In this document: positions 27,947-36,832 of the stretch, in pieces
How positions within the stretch are numbered: position 1 is the first letter of the stretch
How the letters are laid out: the number at the start of each line of letters is the position of its first letter
From: a virus
Taxonomy: Duplodnaviria; Caudoviricetes
Virus record (IMG/VR): IMGVR_UViG_3300043422_000086
Coordinates: 4,183-68,182 of that record
Length of the DNA stretch: 64,000 bases
Strand: one strand, 5' to 3'
Notes under the pieces: generated by a model
Database searches by the model: none
What the model saw: the letters and a program-made list of their open reading frames with translations, nothing else
Told to the model about the DNA's origin: nothing
Position numbers and translations under genes: made by a program

Positions 27947-27984
27947 TTTGATTTTTGTTTTAGTTTTAAATTTAATTGTAAAGA

Positions 27985-28011
27985 TTATACCTTTAAAATT
28001 GGCTTTGTTTC
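27985..28011 (-). promoter_or_regulatory. Class M promoter
   Basis: Upstream of lipoprotein and CAGCAA RNAs. Confidence 0.6.
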
Positions 28012-28016
28012 AAAAA

Positions 28017-28193
28017 TTAAGCCTCTTTGTTTTTCTCAGAAACATCAACTCTTACTGCTTGAGCTAAAGCTTTAATGTCTTGCATTGCTTTACGAACTCT
28101 GGTTCCAGCTGCTTTGTTTCCTTTTTCGAAAAATTTAGTTGCGTCTTCTTTGATTGAGTTAAGAATCTCTTCGATCTGATTTAAATTTTGCAT
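28017..28193 (-). CDS. Histone H1-like protein (Hc1 family), 58 aa
   Basis: Manual translation: EDATKFFEKGNKAAGTRVRKAMQDIKALAQAVR. Confidence 0.8.
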   Translation of the reverse strand: MQNLNQIEEILNSIKEDATKFFEKGNKAAGTRVRKAMQDIKALAQAVRVDVSEKNKEA

Positions 28194-28217
28194 GTTTTTT
28201 AATTTTTTAATTAATAA

Positions 28218-28244
28218 TTATACTGGTAAAATAAAAAAGGTTTC
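28218..28244 (-). promoter_or_regulatory. Class M promoter
   Basis: Upstream of Hc1 gene. Confidence 0.6.
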
Positions 28245-28266
28245 ATCGTTAAATGAAACCTTTTTA
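28233..28266 (-). terminator. Inverted repeat/terminator after tRNA-Ala, overlapping a promoter -35
   Basis: aaaaaaggtttcat-N-atgaaacctttttt. Confidence 0.55.
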
Positions 28267-28267
28267 G

Positions 28268-28340
28268 TGGAGCTGCCCGGTTACGATCCGAGAACTACAG
28301 AATGCAAATCTGTGATGATAGCCAATTTCACCACAGCCCC
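28268..28340 (-). tRNA. trnA: tRNA-Ala(TGC) with atypical T loop (ATCGTAA)
   Basis: ggggctg/cagctcc with G3:U70; acaga-ttTGCat-tctgt. Confidence 0.85.
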
Positions 28341-28417
28341 GAGAGAGTTAGGACCTGAGACTTCTGCTATCTAGAATCTCTGCTGCTCCGTCCATACTCT
28401 TAGTCTTTTAAAAAAAC

Positions 28418-28469
28418 AGGATGCTATGTTTTGCTTTTCCATAAAGTTGTTAATTGCTGGAAGCATCCT
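28418..28469 (-). ncRNA. CAGCAA-motif RNA D (short)
   Basis: aggatgct/agcatcct stem followed by TCCAGCAAT. Confidence 0.5.
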
Positions 28470-28480
28470 AATGTATGTGA

Positions 28481-28654
28481 TTAACGTCCTGTATCTGATC
28501 CGTAACCTGAAGTTCCAAGATCTGGTCCAACATAAGAACCTCCGCCATAAGATGAACCACCACCATTTGGTTTGTTTCCACCTTTGTTGTTTTTACCTTT
28601 GAAGATAAAATAAGCAACTGCGGCTACTGCGATAATAATAATTACTGTTATCAT
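28481..28654 (-). CDS. 57-aa membrane-anchored Gly-rich peptide
   Basis: Manual translation MITVIIIIAVAAVAYFIFKG...; late box 28686-28694. Confidence 0.55.
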   Translation of the reverse strand: MITVIIIIAVAAVAYFIFKGKNNKGGNKPNGGGSSYGGGSYVGPDLGTSGYGSDTGR

Positions 28655-28699
28655 GATTTATAAATATTTTTATTAATGATATAACTTATATATCTGCAA

Positions 28700-29317
28700 T
28701 TATTTTTGTTTCAAACTTTTTTTAAGCCATTTGATTGGCATTATTTCTGGATAACTTTTTAATGGTCCTTCTTTTCTTTCAGGATGCCATTGCACACCTA
28801 AATAAATGTCTTCTTTGCCTATAAAAGCTTCTGTTAAACCATCTAACGAAACATAAATAACTTTTAATTCATCGCTTAGATATGAACAATATTGATGGTG
28901 TCTTGAATTAACCATGAAAATATCGCCTGTTTCCGTACTTTTGATCCAATGATAATGTGATTTTTTCTCATGATGATCATCATCACTTTTAAAATCATCA
29001 GCTTGGTGATCTTCAACTATTAAATTATCTATGTCTTTGACTTCTCCACCTAAAAAATAATTCAAGAGCTGCATACCTCGACAAACACCTAAGATTGGCA
29101 ATCTTTCTTTTATAGCTTGACTTATTAATTTAAGTTCAAATTCATCACGGTTTAAATTAGCACCGATATCTGGTCCTCCGCATAAAACTAAAGCTCCTTC
29201 GATAGAATCGTCTTTGTTTAAAATTTTAATTTCAAAATCTTCGCCCAACCAAGTTAAATAGTTTTGTAACTCTATTTTACTTTTTGGTGGTGCTAGGCTT
29301 ATTTTGGGTTTTGACAT
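28700..29317 (-). CDS. Class I glutamine amidotransferase / peptidase C26 family
   Basis: LCGGPDI, LGVCRGMQ, VNSRHHQ, GVQWHPE. Confidence 0.85.
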   Translation of the reverse strand: MSKPKISLAPPKSKIELQNYLTWLGEDFEIKILNKDDSIEGALVLCGGPDIGANLNRDEFELKLISQAIKERLPILGVCRGMQLLNYFLGGEVKDIDNLIVEDHQADDFKSDDDHHEKKSHYHWIKSTETGDIFMVNSRHHQYCSYLSDELKVIYVSLDGLTEAFIGKEDIYLGVQWHPERKEGPLKSYPEIMPIKWLKKSLKQK

Positions 29318-29555
29318 CTTTGGTTTCTTTGATTACAACAGCTCTGATTCTATCAAATAATTTTTCTAAATCTTCAGCTGAATCTACTGACCATTTCTTT
29401 GTCTTTAAAATAAAGAAACATTCATTATCTCTATCTATTCCTAAACTTGAAACAGCTTCTATTTCTAGAAATTCATATTCATCTTCGCTTGATAAACAAT
29501 TAGCGTCTTGTGAGAATTTAAATGCAGCCTCTTCTAATATTAATCCTTGTTCCAT
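29277..29555 (-). CDS. Hypothetical protein
   Basis: ORF track. Confidence 0.55.
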   Translation of the reverse strand: MEQGLILEEAAFKFSQDANCLSSEDEYEFLEIEAVSSLGIDRDNECFFILKTKKWSVDSAEDLEKLFDRIRAVVIKETKDVKTQNKPSTTKK

Positions 29556-29557
29556 AA

Positions 29558-29758
29558 TTATTTTACATTTGGTTTTTCAATAACTCTTAAATACGACTCT
29601 TTGTCTTCTAAACAATCTTCACAATAAGGTGAATAATATTCGTCTGTATCGTGATCTACTCCTCTGTGCTTTTTTCTGGCCACTGTGTACATTTCATTTG
29701 TTGCAAATTCATCTAGACAATTTGAACAAACTTTGGTTGATGTGCTTCTCTTCTTCAT
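29558..29758 (-). CDS. Small Zn-finger protein
   Basis: CSNC...CEDC. Confidence 0.55.
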   Translation of the reverse strand: MKKRSTSTKVCSNCLDEFATNEMYTVARKKHRGVDHDTDEYYSPYCEDCLEDKESYLRVIEKPNVK

Positions 29759-29761
29759 AAT

Positions 29762-31054
29762 TTAAAAGTTTCTTTCAGTTTCGTAAATTGCTTTAATAGT
29801 TGGAAATCTTAAACTAATTCCACCGTTTTTATTTTGTGATTCTTCGAAGTATTGTATGGTCACTTGCTTGCCAAGAATTGCATCTGGATTTTCTTTATAT
29901 AACCTTCTTTGTTCAAGACTAAATCCAGAGCCAACATCAACTCTGTAACCTTTGTGCTCAATTACAATATTACGCATTACATCTTCTTCAACTTCTTTAC
30001 CATCTACAATAACTCTAAATGGTCCGTTTTGAATGTCAATAACTTTATACTCAGCGTCATAAAATTGTTTTACCTTAAGTACATCATTACTTCTTTTGCC
30101 TTGATATGGTGCATCTTTGCGTAACATAAGTCCTTCCCAAGCATTTTCTTTGGCTAATCCAATATAATAGGTTAACATTCTCTCGTCAATTAGTAACTTT
30201 TGCTCTAGATAACCAATGTTTTTAAATTCTCTTTCAAAGAAAAGATTGTCTAATTGCACATTTCTGATTGAGAAGCTTGTTGTACCTTCTTTGTTAACGA
30301 ATTCTTCTAATGTTAAAATATCAAACATGTAAAAGAAAGGATTTTCAATCGTATGATCTTTGCGTTTAATCTCTTTAATGATACCTTGAAAATTCTCATT
30401 ACCATTTTCGTCTAACATGCAAATTTCGCCATCAATGACCATATTTTTAAGGCCTAATGAAATAATCTCAGCATCTAAATTTTTAAGAGTCATAAATTCA
30501 TTACCAGCTCTTGAAAAATACTTAGGCTCGCCATTTTCATCAATGATACAGATACAACGACAGCCATCTAATTTACGACTTACGTACCAATTATCTTCAT
30601 TAAAGTTAACCTTCTTAGCCATTTTCTCATCAAAAGAATTAGCTAAAGCAACATCAAATGTTGGAATCAGCCCAGGAATCACTTTATTGATCATGGACGC
30701 AGTCGACCTTGTCTTTAAGTTTCTATCTATGATGTTGAAGATAAGCTCCTCGTGTCTCTTATTTACAGCCACAAAGCCATTTACTGCGCTAATTGCATTA
30801 TGGCCAGTTAGATGCCTAGAATTTAGATCATTTAATAGATCAAACAAAGAAGAGTAACCATAACTTGAAAGATGACTAAGCTTCTTACAGTTTTCTGAAG
30901 TTACACCATATTGTTTGAATGTATTGTATGTGTATTCTAAAGCTTTTCTAACAGATTCATTATCTGCATATTTCTCAAGCACTTTTAATTTGTCTGTGTT
31001 TGAATTAGTAGAATTTTGAGCATCTATAAACTCTTGTATTTCGTCTAAGTACAT
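29762..31054 (-). CDS. lig: ATP-dependent DNA ligase
   Basis: KLDGCR, IDGEI, EGLMLR, LKVK, VGSGFS, LRFP. Confidence 0.95.
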   Translation of the reverse strand: MYLDEIQEFIDAQNSTNSNTDKLKVLEKYADNESVRKALEYTYNTFKQYGVTSENCKKLSHLSSYGYSSLFDLLNDLNSRHLTGHNAISAVNGFVAVNKRHEELIFNIIDRNLKTRSTASMINKVIPGLIPTFDVALANSFDEKMAKKVNFNEDNWYVSRKLDGCRCICIIDENGEPKYFSRAGNEFMTLKNLDAEIISLGLKNMVIDGEICMLDENGNENFQGIIKEIKRKDHTIENPFFYMFDILTLEEFVNKEGTTSFSIRNVQLDNLFFEREFKNIGYLEQKLLIDERMLTYYIGLAKENAWEGLMLRKDAPYQGKRSNDVLKVKQFYDAEYKVIDIQNGPFRVIVDGKEVEEDVMRNIVIEHKGYRVDVGSGFSLEQRRLYKENPDAILGKQVTIQYFEESQNKNGGISLRFPTIKAIYETERNF

Positions 31055-31065
31055 ATATTTTAAAA

Positions 31066-31293
31066 TTAGTTTATTACAATTACTTTTGATTCATGTCTTG
31101 GCATAAGAAGCGGTGAAGCTATAATTTGATTGACATTTTCATAAATAGCTTTAACTTCATCTTCTGTTGCATTTTTAACTTCAACTGTAATAGTTGAATA
31201 TCCATCTTTAATCATTCTAAATTTCACATTTGGGAATAATGATCTAAGTTCTTGTGCCTTTTTAAGTCTTGATTTCTTTGTAAAGTAATACAT
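31066..31293 (-). CDS. Early hypothetical protein
   Basis: First gene after early promoter. Confidence 0.55.
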   Translation of the reverse strand: MYYFTKKSRLKKAQELRSLFPNVKFRMIKDGYSTITVEVKNATEDEVKAIYENVNQIIASPLLMPRHESKVIVIN

Positions 31294-31302
31294 GATTTGT
31301 TG

Positions 31303-31384
31303 TTTTTAATTATATGTAAATATACACAAAAAAGCCCAAACTAAAAAATCTGGGCTTACTTATTTTTAAAAGTTACGAACAATT
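31303..31384 (-). promoter_or_regulatory. Early-type promoter (class E) with stem-loop and AATTGTTCGTAACTTT box
   Basis: Same motif. Confidence 0.7.
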
Positions 31385-32080
31385 TTACAAGAATGTAACT
31401 TCATTTGTTTCTGGATTCCAGTCAAACGTAACTGGCTTATTCACATAGTCATACCTCTCATTTAAAATAGAAGCATTAAAGAAATGAGTTCCATTGTGAA
31501 ACTTGTAGCCGTATCCGCCGTGGATATGACCAAATACGTGTATTTTCGGAGGTTGCTCATCTACTTTTTCTCTTAATAAGGCACAGCCTAAGTGTGGTTC
31601 ATTGTATGGAGGTCCACTCATATCTAAATGATCTTGCGGTGGTCCGTGTGTAATTAAAATATCTGTGTTTTTTGGAATTGCTTCCCATTTTGCCATTAAG
31701 CCAGGTCCACCTTTAGGTAAATTAAAGGCCCAACTGTAAAATTCAGGTTGCCAAGGACTACCGTAAATTTTTACCATCTTCTCGTCATCTCCAACTTCAA
31801 CCCAATCATCTTGTAAATAATCAATGTTCTTATAAGAATTAACTATTTCCATTGCCTTCTCTGGTTTATCTTCAAACATTCTATCATGATTTCCAGCAAT
31901 GAAGATTTTATAATCGTACTGTTCAAGTGAATCAAACCAATCACAAAAGTCTGTGATGTCTTCTGCATTTCTACCAGAATTCATTAAATCACCAGCGTGA
32001 ATTAACAAATTACCACCAGGCAAATCATTACTGATCTCTCGGTGCTTAGTGTGCGTATCTGAACACAATGTGATAATCAT
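31385..32080 (-). CDS. Calcineurin-like metallophosphoesterase
   Basis: SDTH, HAGD, AGNHD, ITHGPP, FGHIH. Confidence 0.9.
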   Translation of the reverse strand: MIITLCSDTHTKHREISNDLPGGNLLIHAGDLMNSGRNAEDITDFCDWFDSLEQYDYKIFIAGNHDRMFEDKPEKAMEIVNSYKNIDYLQDDWVEVGDDEKMVKIYGSPWQPEFYSWAFNLPKGGPGLMAKWEAIPKNTDILITHGPPQDHLDMSGPPYNEPHLGCALLREKVDEQPPKIHVFGHIHGGYGYKFHNGTHFFNASILNERYDYVNKPVTFDWNPETNEVTFL

Positions 32081-32436
32081 TAGTCGTGAATAGTTTTGAA
32101 TGTTACAAATTCCATGGCCTTATGAGCTTCGTGTAATCTTTTTAAAGCTGATCTTTCAGAAACTGCTCTACCAGATGGAGTTTTAATGTGTGTAATACCT
32201 CTTTGATTTAAATCATCAGTATTACCCCAAAGTAAATAATATTCTGGCTTTAAAGTTCCAGATCTCCATGTTTTGTGTACATAACCTTCGAATCTATCAC
32301 CCCATTTGCCTTCATCAGGTTTCATAAAGCATTTAACTAAAGCTACTCTTTTACCTGTACCTTTATAATCTTCAGCTCTTTCAATTTCGAGTAAAACTTT
32401 TACTTGGCCTAATGCGTCGTGCATAATTGTTTTCAT
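32080..32436 (-). CDS. Hypothetical protein
   Basis: ORF track. Confidence 0.55.
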   Translation of the reverse strand: MKTIMHDALGQVKVLLEIERAEDYKGTGKRVALVKCFMKPDEGKWGDRFEGYVHKTWRSGTLKPEYYLLWGNTDDLNQRGITHIKTPSGRAVSERSALKRLHEAHKAMEFVTFKTIHD

Positions 32437-32437
32437 A

Positions 32438-32779
32438 CTATCTTATATTTAAAGTTTTGCGATAGTTTACAGTAGCTCTGTAAATAATATCTAATCTTTT
32501 ATTTGGATCCATTTCTAAGATTCTTTCAGTACATTCAACAAATTTACCAGGCATCCATGTTAATTCTCGTTGAACCTTTTTAGTTTTGTTTAACTGATAG
32601 ATTGTAAAAATGGTTTTACGAGTTCTCCAGTGTTTTGTTGTGTATTTGCGGCGAACATATCCACTCTCATAACTCATGTAATCTGTGTTTGTCAATGGAT
32701 CGTGAAAACATTGAGTTCCATTGTTTGCTTGAGTTTGAGAAGTAACTTCAATTAATCTAAGTGCTTGTGTCTTTGTCAT
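32438..32779 (-). CDS. Early hypothetical protein
   Basis: First gene after early promoter. Confidence 0.55.
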   Translation of the reverse strand: MTKTQALRLIEVTSQTQANNGTQCFHDPLTNTDYMSYESGYVRRKYTTKHWRTRKTIFTIYQLNKTKKVQRELTWMPGKFVECTERILEMDPNKRLDIIYRATVNYRKTLNIR

Positions 32780-32789
32780 AACTTGTTTG

Positions 32790-32845
32790 TTTTAATTACT
32801 CTGTAAATATACACAAAACATTTGACATAAAAAAATATTTAAGCT
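32790..32845 (-). promoter_or_regulatory. Early-type promoter (class E)
   Basis: Same motif. Confidence 0.65.
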
Positions 32846-32846
32846 T

Positions 32847-33323
32847 TTATTTTACGTCTTTTAATTCTGTTCTTAATCTTCCAATTGCAGATTCCAATGT
32901 ATTATAAACTGGAACGTTATATCTGCTACAAACAATATCTACATTACCTTTACGCCAAAATCCATCTGGGCAACATACGATCATTTTACCAGATTCAGCG
33001 TATAAACCAAGTTCTAATAGACTAATTGGACTCTTGGTTTCTGGTGAAAAGTACATGAAAATAAGATTACACTCATCCAATTTATTCATTTCCCAATTTA
33101 CTTGTTCACTGAATTGTGGATTAGATTCTTTTTGTTCCCATGAACTATCCCAATCATCTCTTCGGGGATTGAAAAAGGTTAAATTATCACGGTCCTTAAA
33201 TATCTTGGGTATTACTGCTTGCCAATCTTCAGCCTTACCCATTTCTATAGAACCTGCTAAAAATACTTTAACACTTTCATCACTGTAATATACGTTTTTT
33301 GGTTCTGGTTTAATTACTTCCAT
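32847..33323 (-). CDS. Nucleoside 2-deoxyribosyltransferase-like protein
   Basis: VFLAGSI, FNPRR, QVNWE, SPISLLELG. Confidence 0.85.
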   Translation of the reverse strand: MEVIKPEPKNVYYSDESVKVFLAGSIEMGKAEDWQAVIPKIFKDRDNLTFFNPRRDDWDSSWEQKESNPQFSEQVNWEMNKLDECNLIFMYFSPETKSPISLLELGLYAESGKMIVCCPDGFWRKGNVDIVCSRYNVPVYNTLESAIGRLRTELKDVK

Positions 33324-33648
33324 TTTGTGTAGCTTTAAGTTCTTCTATTTCTTTTTGCCAAGCTCTAATGTCATACGCGTCCTTTGGATCTTGGCATGGA
33401 GATTCTTTAATATATTTCTCCAACTTTTCAATTCTAAGTTGTGTTTCTGACTTGGCTCTTTTCTCTCTTTCTAAATGCTCGATAATTGATTTTTCTAATT
33501 CATTAAATGCTTTTAAAAGCGTAGGATTTGTCTGTGCATCATATCTAAATTTAGCCTCTTGAAAATTCTCAATCGGCGTAGTCGGATATTGCCAACACCA
33601 ACGAAAAAAGGCTCCAGTTGCATCAAAAAATGCTTTAACTTTATTCAT
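33310..33648 (-). CDS. Hypothetical protein
   Basis: ORF track. Confidence 0.55.
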   Translation of the reverse strand: MNKVKAFFDATGAFFRWCWQYPTTPIENFQEAKFRYDAQTNPTLLKAFNELEKSIIEHLEREKRAKSETQLRIEKLEKYIKESPCQDPKDAYDIRAWQKEIEELKATQNGSN

Positions 33649-35111
33649 TATACTAATTTTAAACGTTCACGAATTTCAGTTAAAGTGGTTTGGTTTTCAA
33701 ATTGACCATTCAAATAAATAGTTTTTAACATTCCTTTACTCTCATCATACCAATTAACTTGGTCAAACAATGTAATCTCTCCATCTTCATTTTTTGCAAC
33801 TCTTAATAAACCTTTAGCAGATTTTTTAACACCATCATCAGTGATTGGATCTTTGAAGATTTCTCTACCAACTCCATCAACTTCAACATAGGTTGCTTTC
33901 ATTGCAAAACCAAATGTATCTCTAGTGTTGAATTGGTATGTGAATGAACCTACACCTAAAACAATGTTTGTACTTGCAAATCCCTTTGCTTCTAATCTTG
34001 TGAAGATTTGTTCAGCACGGTCTAATGTGATTGAATCTCCGTAGATTGCTCCGATGTGAGAGTCTAAAACTTTGTAACCTTGTTCGTTGATAGTTCCACC
34101 AAATACATCCCAAAGTAATTCAATAACTCCTTTGTATTTTGCGTCCTTTAAACCATATTCACTCATTGGTGTTTGTAATCCGCAAATAATATCAACTGGA
34201 TCACCAGAGTCAGGTCTAATAACTACTTTACCGTCTCTTGCTAAAATCTCTTCTTTTAATGTAACAACGTGTTCAGTACAAACTTTAAAAAGATCCCAAG
34301 TATCTGATACGATTGAAAGAATTCCTGTTGGATATGTTTCCATTAAGTTTCTAAATGTTCCAACCTCATCTTCTTTAGATCCAGCACACATAACTGAGTG
34401 TTCAGTCGCATTCACAGAACCTGCTACAAATTCAGTTTCATTGTAGAATTTACGGGCACCAAAGATTGCTGGTAAAGAGTCAGAACCAGAGAAACTTGTT
34501 AAGTGACCAAGACCTGAACTAATAGTTGCATCAATAGAATCAAGACCTCTCATTGAGAAATCATGTGCTTGCCAATCTACGAACCAACCTTTTTCAGCAT
34601 CAGTTTTTTCTTGCCATGATGTAAATAATTTACGGTATGCATGTGCAATAGTCGCTGAAGTCATTGGTTTCCATAACAAGTTAGAAATAACAGTTTCTAA
34701 GTAATTTGTAATCCAATAGAAACCTGGATGTGTATTGTAAATTGTCAATACTGGAGTCTTCATTGGAACTAGGGTTCCTTCTTCAAGAACTTTAACATTG
34801 ATTGGCAAATAACCTAAATCATGCAAGGCTTCAAAGTGACTAACATCATAATCAGTGTTTAAGTACATTGACAATTCACGTTTCATTTCGCCACAAACTT
34901 CATCTTTTGGCTTTGAAAAGAAATCTTTGTCAAAAGCCTCATGAATTTGTTTGATTACCATTTGTTGTCCAAATGATACTAATTGATCACAACCTTTAGG
35001 CGCATACTTATTACTACGAGGAGTAAAGTTAGAATAAACTAAAGTTGTTCCTTTAGGATATTGTTGATGGTGCCCTGTTTTGTAACCGTCAGTAAGAAAT
35101 AATGGATTCAT
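33648..35111 (-). CDS. Nicotinamide phosphoribosyltransferase-like (NAMPT / NARP1 Namat-like)
   Basis: TDGYKTGH, HDFSMRG, ATEHSVM, VSDTWD, IRPDSGDP, IYGDSIT, RDTFGFAMKAT. Confidence 0.9.
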   Translation of the reverse strand: MNPLFLTDGYKTGHHQQYPKGTTLVYSNFTPRSNKYAPKGCDQLVSFGQQMVIKQIHEAFDKDFFSKPKDEVCGEMKRELSMYLNTDYDVSHFEALHDLGYLPINVKVLEEGTLVPMKTPVLTIYNTHPGFYWITNYLETVISNLLWKPMTSATIAHAYRKLFTSWQEKTDAEKGWFVDWQAHDFSMRGLDSIDATISSGLGHLTSFSGSDSLPAIFGARKFYNETEFVAGSVNATEHSVMCAGSKEDEVGTFRNLMETYPTGILSIVSDTWDLFKVCTEHVVTLKEEILARDGKVVIRPDSGDPVDIICGLQTPMSEYGLKDAKYKGVIELLWDVFGGTINEQGYKVLDSHIGAIYGDSITLDRAEQIFTRLEAKGFASTNIVLGVGSFTYQFNTRDTFGFAMKATYVEVDGVGREIFKDPITDDGVKKSAKGLLRVAKNEDGEITLFDQVNWYDESKGMLKTIYLNGQFENQTTLTEIRERLKLV

Positions 35112-35112
35112 A

Positions 35113-35259
35113 TTATTTGTTTTTAGATTTTTGTTTTTTCATTAATTTTTTTGCTTGATAGCTGTCGAATTTTTCATGACTGCTAACATGTTGAAATGCA
35201 ACGTAGATAAACACAATGCATACAATAGCGACTGGTATTAAAAAGTATAATGCTTCCAT
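35113..35259 (-). CDS. 48-aa single-TM peptide (MEALYFLIPVAIV...)
   Basis: Manual translation filling an intergenic gap. Confidence 0.5.
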   Translation of the reverse strand: MEALYFLIPVAIVCIVFIYVAFQHVSSHEKFDSYQAKKLMKKQKSKNK

Positions 35260-35262
35260 AAA

Positions 35263-35520
35263 TTACTTATAAAATGTTTTTAAATAAATTGCCTGTTGTC
35301 TGATACCATATTCTCTGGTTAGAACATTAGCAGGTGCTTCATCTGTCAAAAAAAGATTTAAGCCTTTTATCATTTTGGCAGCATCAAACTTTCTTTCTCG
35401 ACCTTGAATCATTCCTTCAGGATCTGCTAATTTGTTAATTATAAAAGCTAAACGCTGAGGTGTTTCACTTTGATTAACTGCTTGCCATGTTTCTAATTCA
35501 TTCATAATTTGTTTGTTCAT
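35263..35520 (-). CDS. Early hypothetical protein (LTREYGIRQQA motif)
   Basis: First gene after early promoter. Confidence 0.6.
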   Translation of the reverse strand: MNKQIMNELETWQAVNQSETPQRLAFIINKLADPEGMIQGRERKFDAAKMIKGLNLFLTDEAPANVLTREYGIRQQAIYLKTFYK

Positions 35521-35530
35521 AACTTCTTTG

Positions 35531-35614
35531 TTTTAATTAGATATGTAAATATACGTAAAATTATCCAAATATAAAAGCATTTAAGCAATTATTTTTATAA
35601 AGTTACGAACAATT
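35531..35614 (-). promoter_or_regulatory. Early-type promoter (class E) with AATTGTTCGTAACTTT box
   Basis: Same motif. Confidence 0.7.
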
Positions 35615-36071
35615 ATACTTCTACCAATTTAGCTAAAATTTCTTTAACTGTTCCAACGTCTGCTTTACCTTGATGTCTTTTGTTAAATTCACCTATAGTT
35701 TTACCAACAAGAGCTTGCGGATTTTTTACAGTTTGTGCAATTTCTTGTAAGATTATAATCAACTCATTTGAGATTTCATCATAAGACATTTGAGCTGGCA
35801 TGTATTTTTTCAAGACTTCCATTTCATCTCTTTCTTTATCAACAAGTTCTTGTCTACCTGCAGTTTCATACATTTTAATGGACTCCTCGCGTTGTTTGAT
35901 TCCTTTATTAATGATTTTAATAATCTCATCGTCGGTAGCAACCCAAGTTCCGTTGCTTTTAAAAGCAATTGTGATTGCTGCCTTAATACTACTTAATGCT
36001 GTTTTAGCCGTAATATCTTTTGCTTTGTATGCAGTGATATAATCTGCATCTATTCTTTCTTTAATTGTCAT
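35613..36071 (-). CDS. GatB/YqeY domain protein
   Basis: IKQREESIKMYETAGRQELVDKE..E...L..YMPAQMS. Confidence 0.85.
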   Translation of the reverse strand: MTIKERIDADYITAYKAKDITAKTALSSIKAAITIAFKSNGTWVATDDEIIKIINKGIKQREESIKMYETAGRQELVDKERDEMEVLKKYMPAQMSYDEISNELIIILQEIAQTVKNPQALVGKTIGEFNKRHQGKADVGTVKEILAKLVEV

Positions 36072-36077
36072 CTTTCT

Positions 36078-36287
36078 TTAGTTTTTTCTAATTCCTGTTA
36101 CCATTACGTATTTAAATGTTTTATCTATAAAATTAAAAGTATGCTGAACAAATGTTACTTCATACGTTTTAAATTCACCATCAAATTCCATTGTTATTTG
36201 TTCATCAATTAACGGTTTTTCAACTTCACAAATAAAATCACTTTCGCAAACGCCTTTATTCATTAGGATAAATCTACACTTTGTCAT
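36078..36287 (-). CDS. Hypothetical protein (start moved to MTKCRF)
   Basis: The upstream extension in the ORF track overlaps 36304-36831. Confidence 0.5.
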   Translation of the reverse strand: MTKCRFILMNKGVCESDFICEVEKPLIDEQITMEFDGEFKTYEVTFVQHTFNFIDKTFKYVMVTGIRKN

Positions 36288-36303
36288 TGTCTTTTTATTT
36301 GGT

Positions 36304-36831
36304 TTAATAATCGCTTGAAGAACTTGAATCGTATGAGCTTCCTGAGTCATAAGAAGATCCTGAATCATAAGAACTACTCGAGTCGTATGAATCTGAACTG
36401 CTAGAAGAATTATCATCCCAACTTCCGCTAGCACCTCCACCAGAGAAATCTCCACCTCCAAAACCTCCATCAAAGCCAGAATCTGAATTAGAATCTGTAT
36501 TTGAATTAGAATCACTGTCATTCAACGCATCTCCAACAATAGCACCAAAGATATCGCCTCCAACTGCAGCACCAATTAAGGTTGAATCAGTTACGGCAGC
36601 AACTACCATTGAAGTTAAGAAACTTGATTCGTCTTCTCTAGCTTTTTTACGGGAACGTTCATAGATTTCATCACGACGAATGCGTTCTGCTTCTACAATT
36701 TCTCTCATACGTTTTTCTTTATCAATGGGTGTAGTCTTAGAAGTTCCTTTAAGAGTGTAATATGATTCTTTCATTTGTAAACCTTGAGGTTCTACTTCTT
36801 TAATTCCAAATAATCTTTTAATCCAGCTCAT
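36304..36831 (-). CDS. Protein with Gly/Ser/Asp-rich low-complexity tail
   Basis: GGFGGGDFSGGGASGSW and SSYDSG repeats. Confidence 0.65.
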   Translation of the reverse strand: MSWIKRLFGIKEVEPQGLQMKESYYTLKGTSKTTPIDKEKRMREIVEAERIRRDEIYERSRKKAREDESSFLTSMVVAAVTDSTLIGAAVGGDIFGAIVGDALNDSDSNSNTDSNSDSGFDGGFGGGDFSGGGASGSWDDNSSSSSDSYDSSSSYDSGSSYDSGSSYDSSSSSDY

Positions 36832-36832
36832 T

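Noticed and set aside
28268-28340. Calling this tRNA-Cys(GCA)
   Set aside because: The 5-bp stem centres the loop on TGC, and G3:U70 with A73 indicates Ala
27647-28374. + strand ORFs 27647-27871 and 28192-28374
   Set aside because: Antisense to RNA elements, the lipoprotein gene and tRNA-Ala
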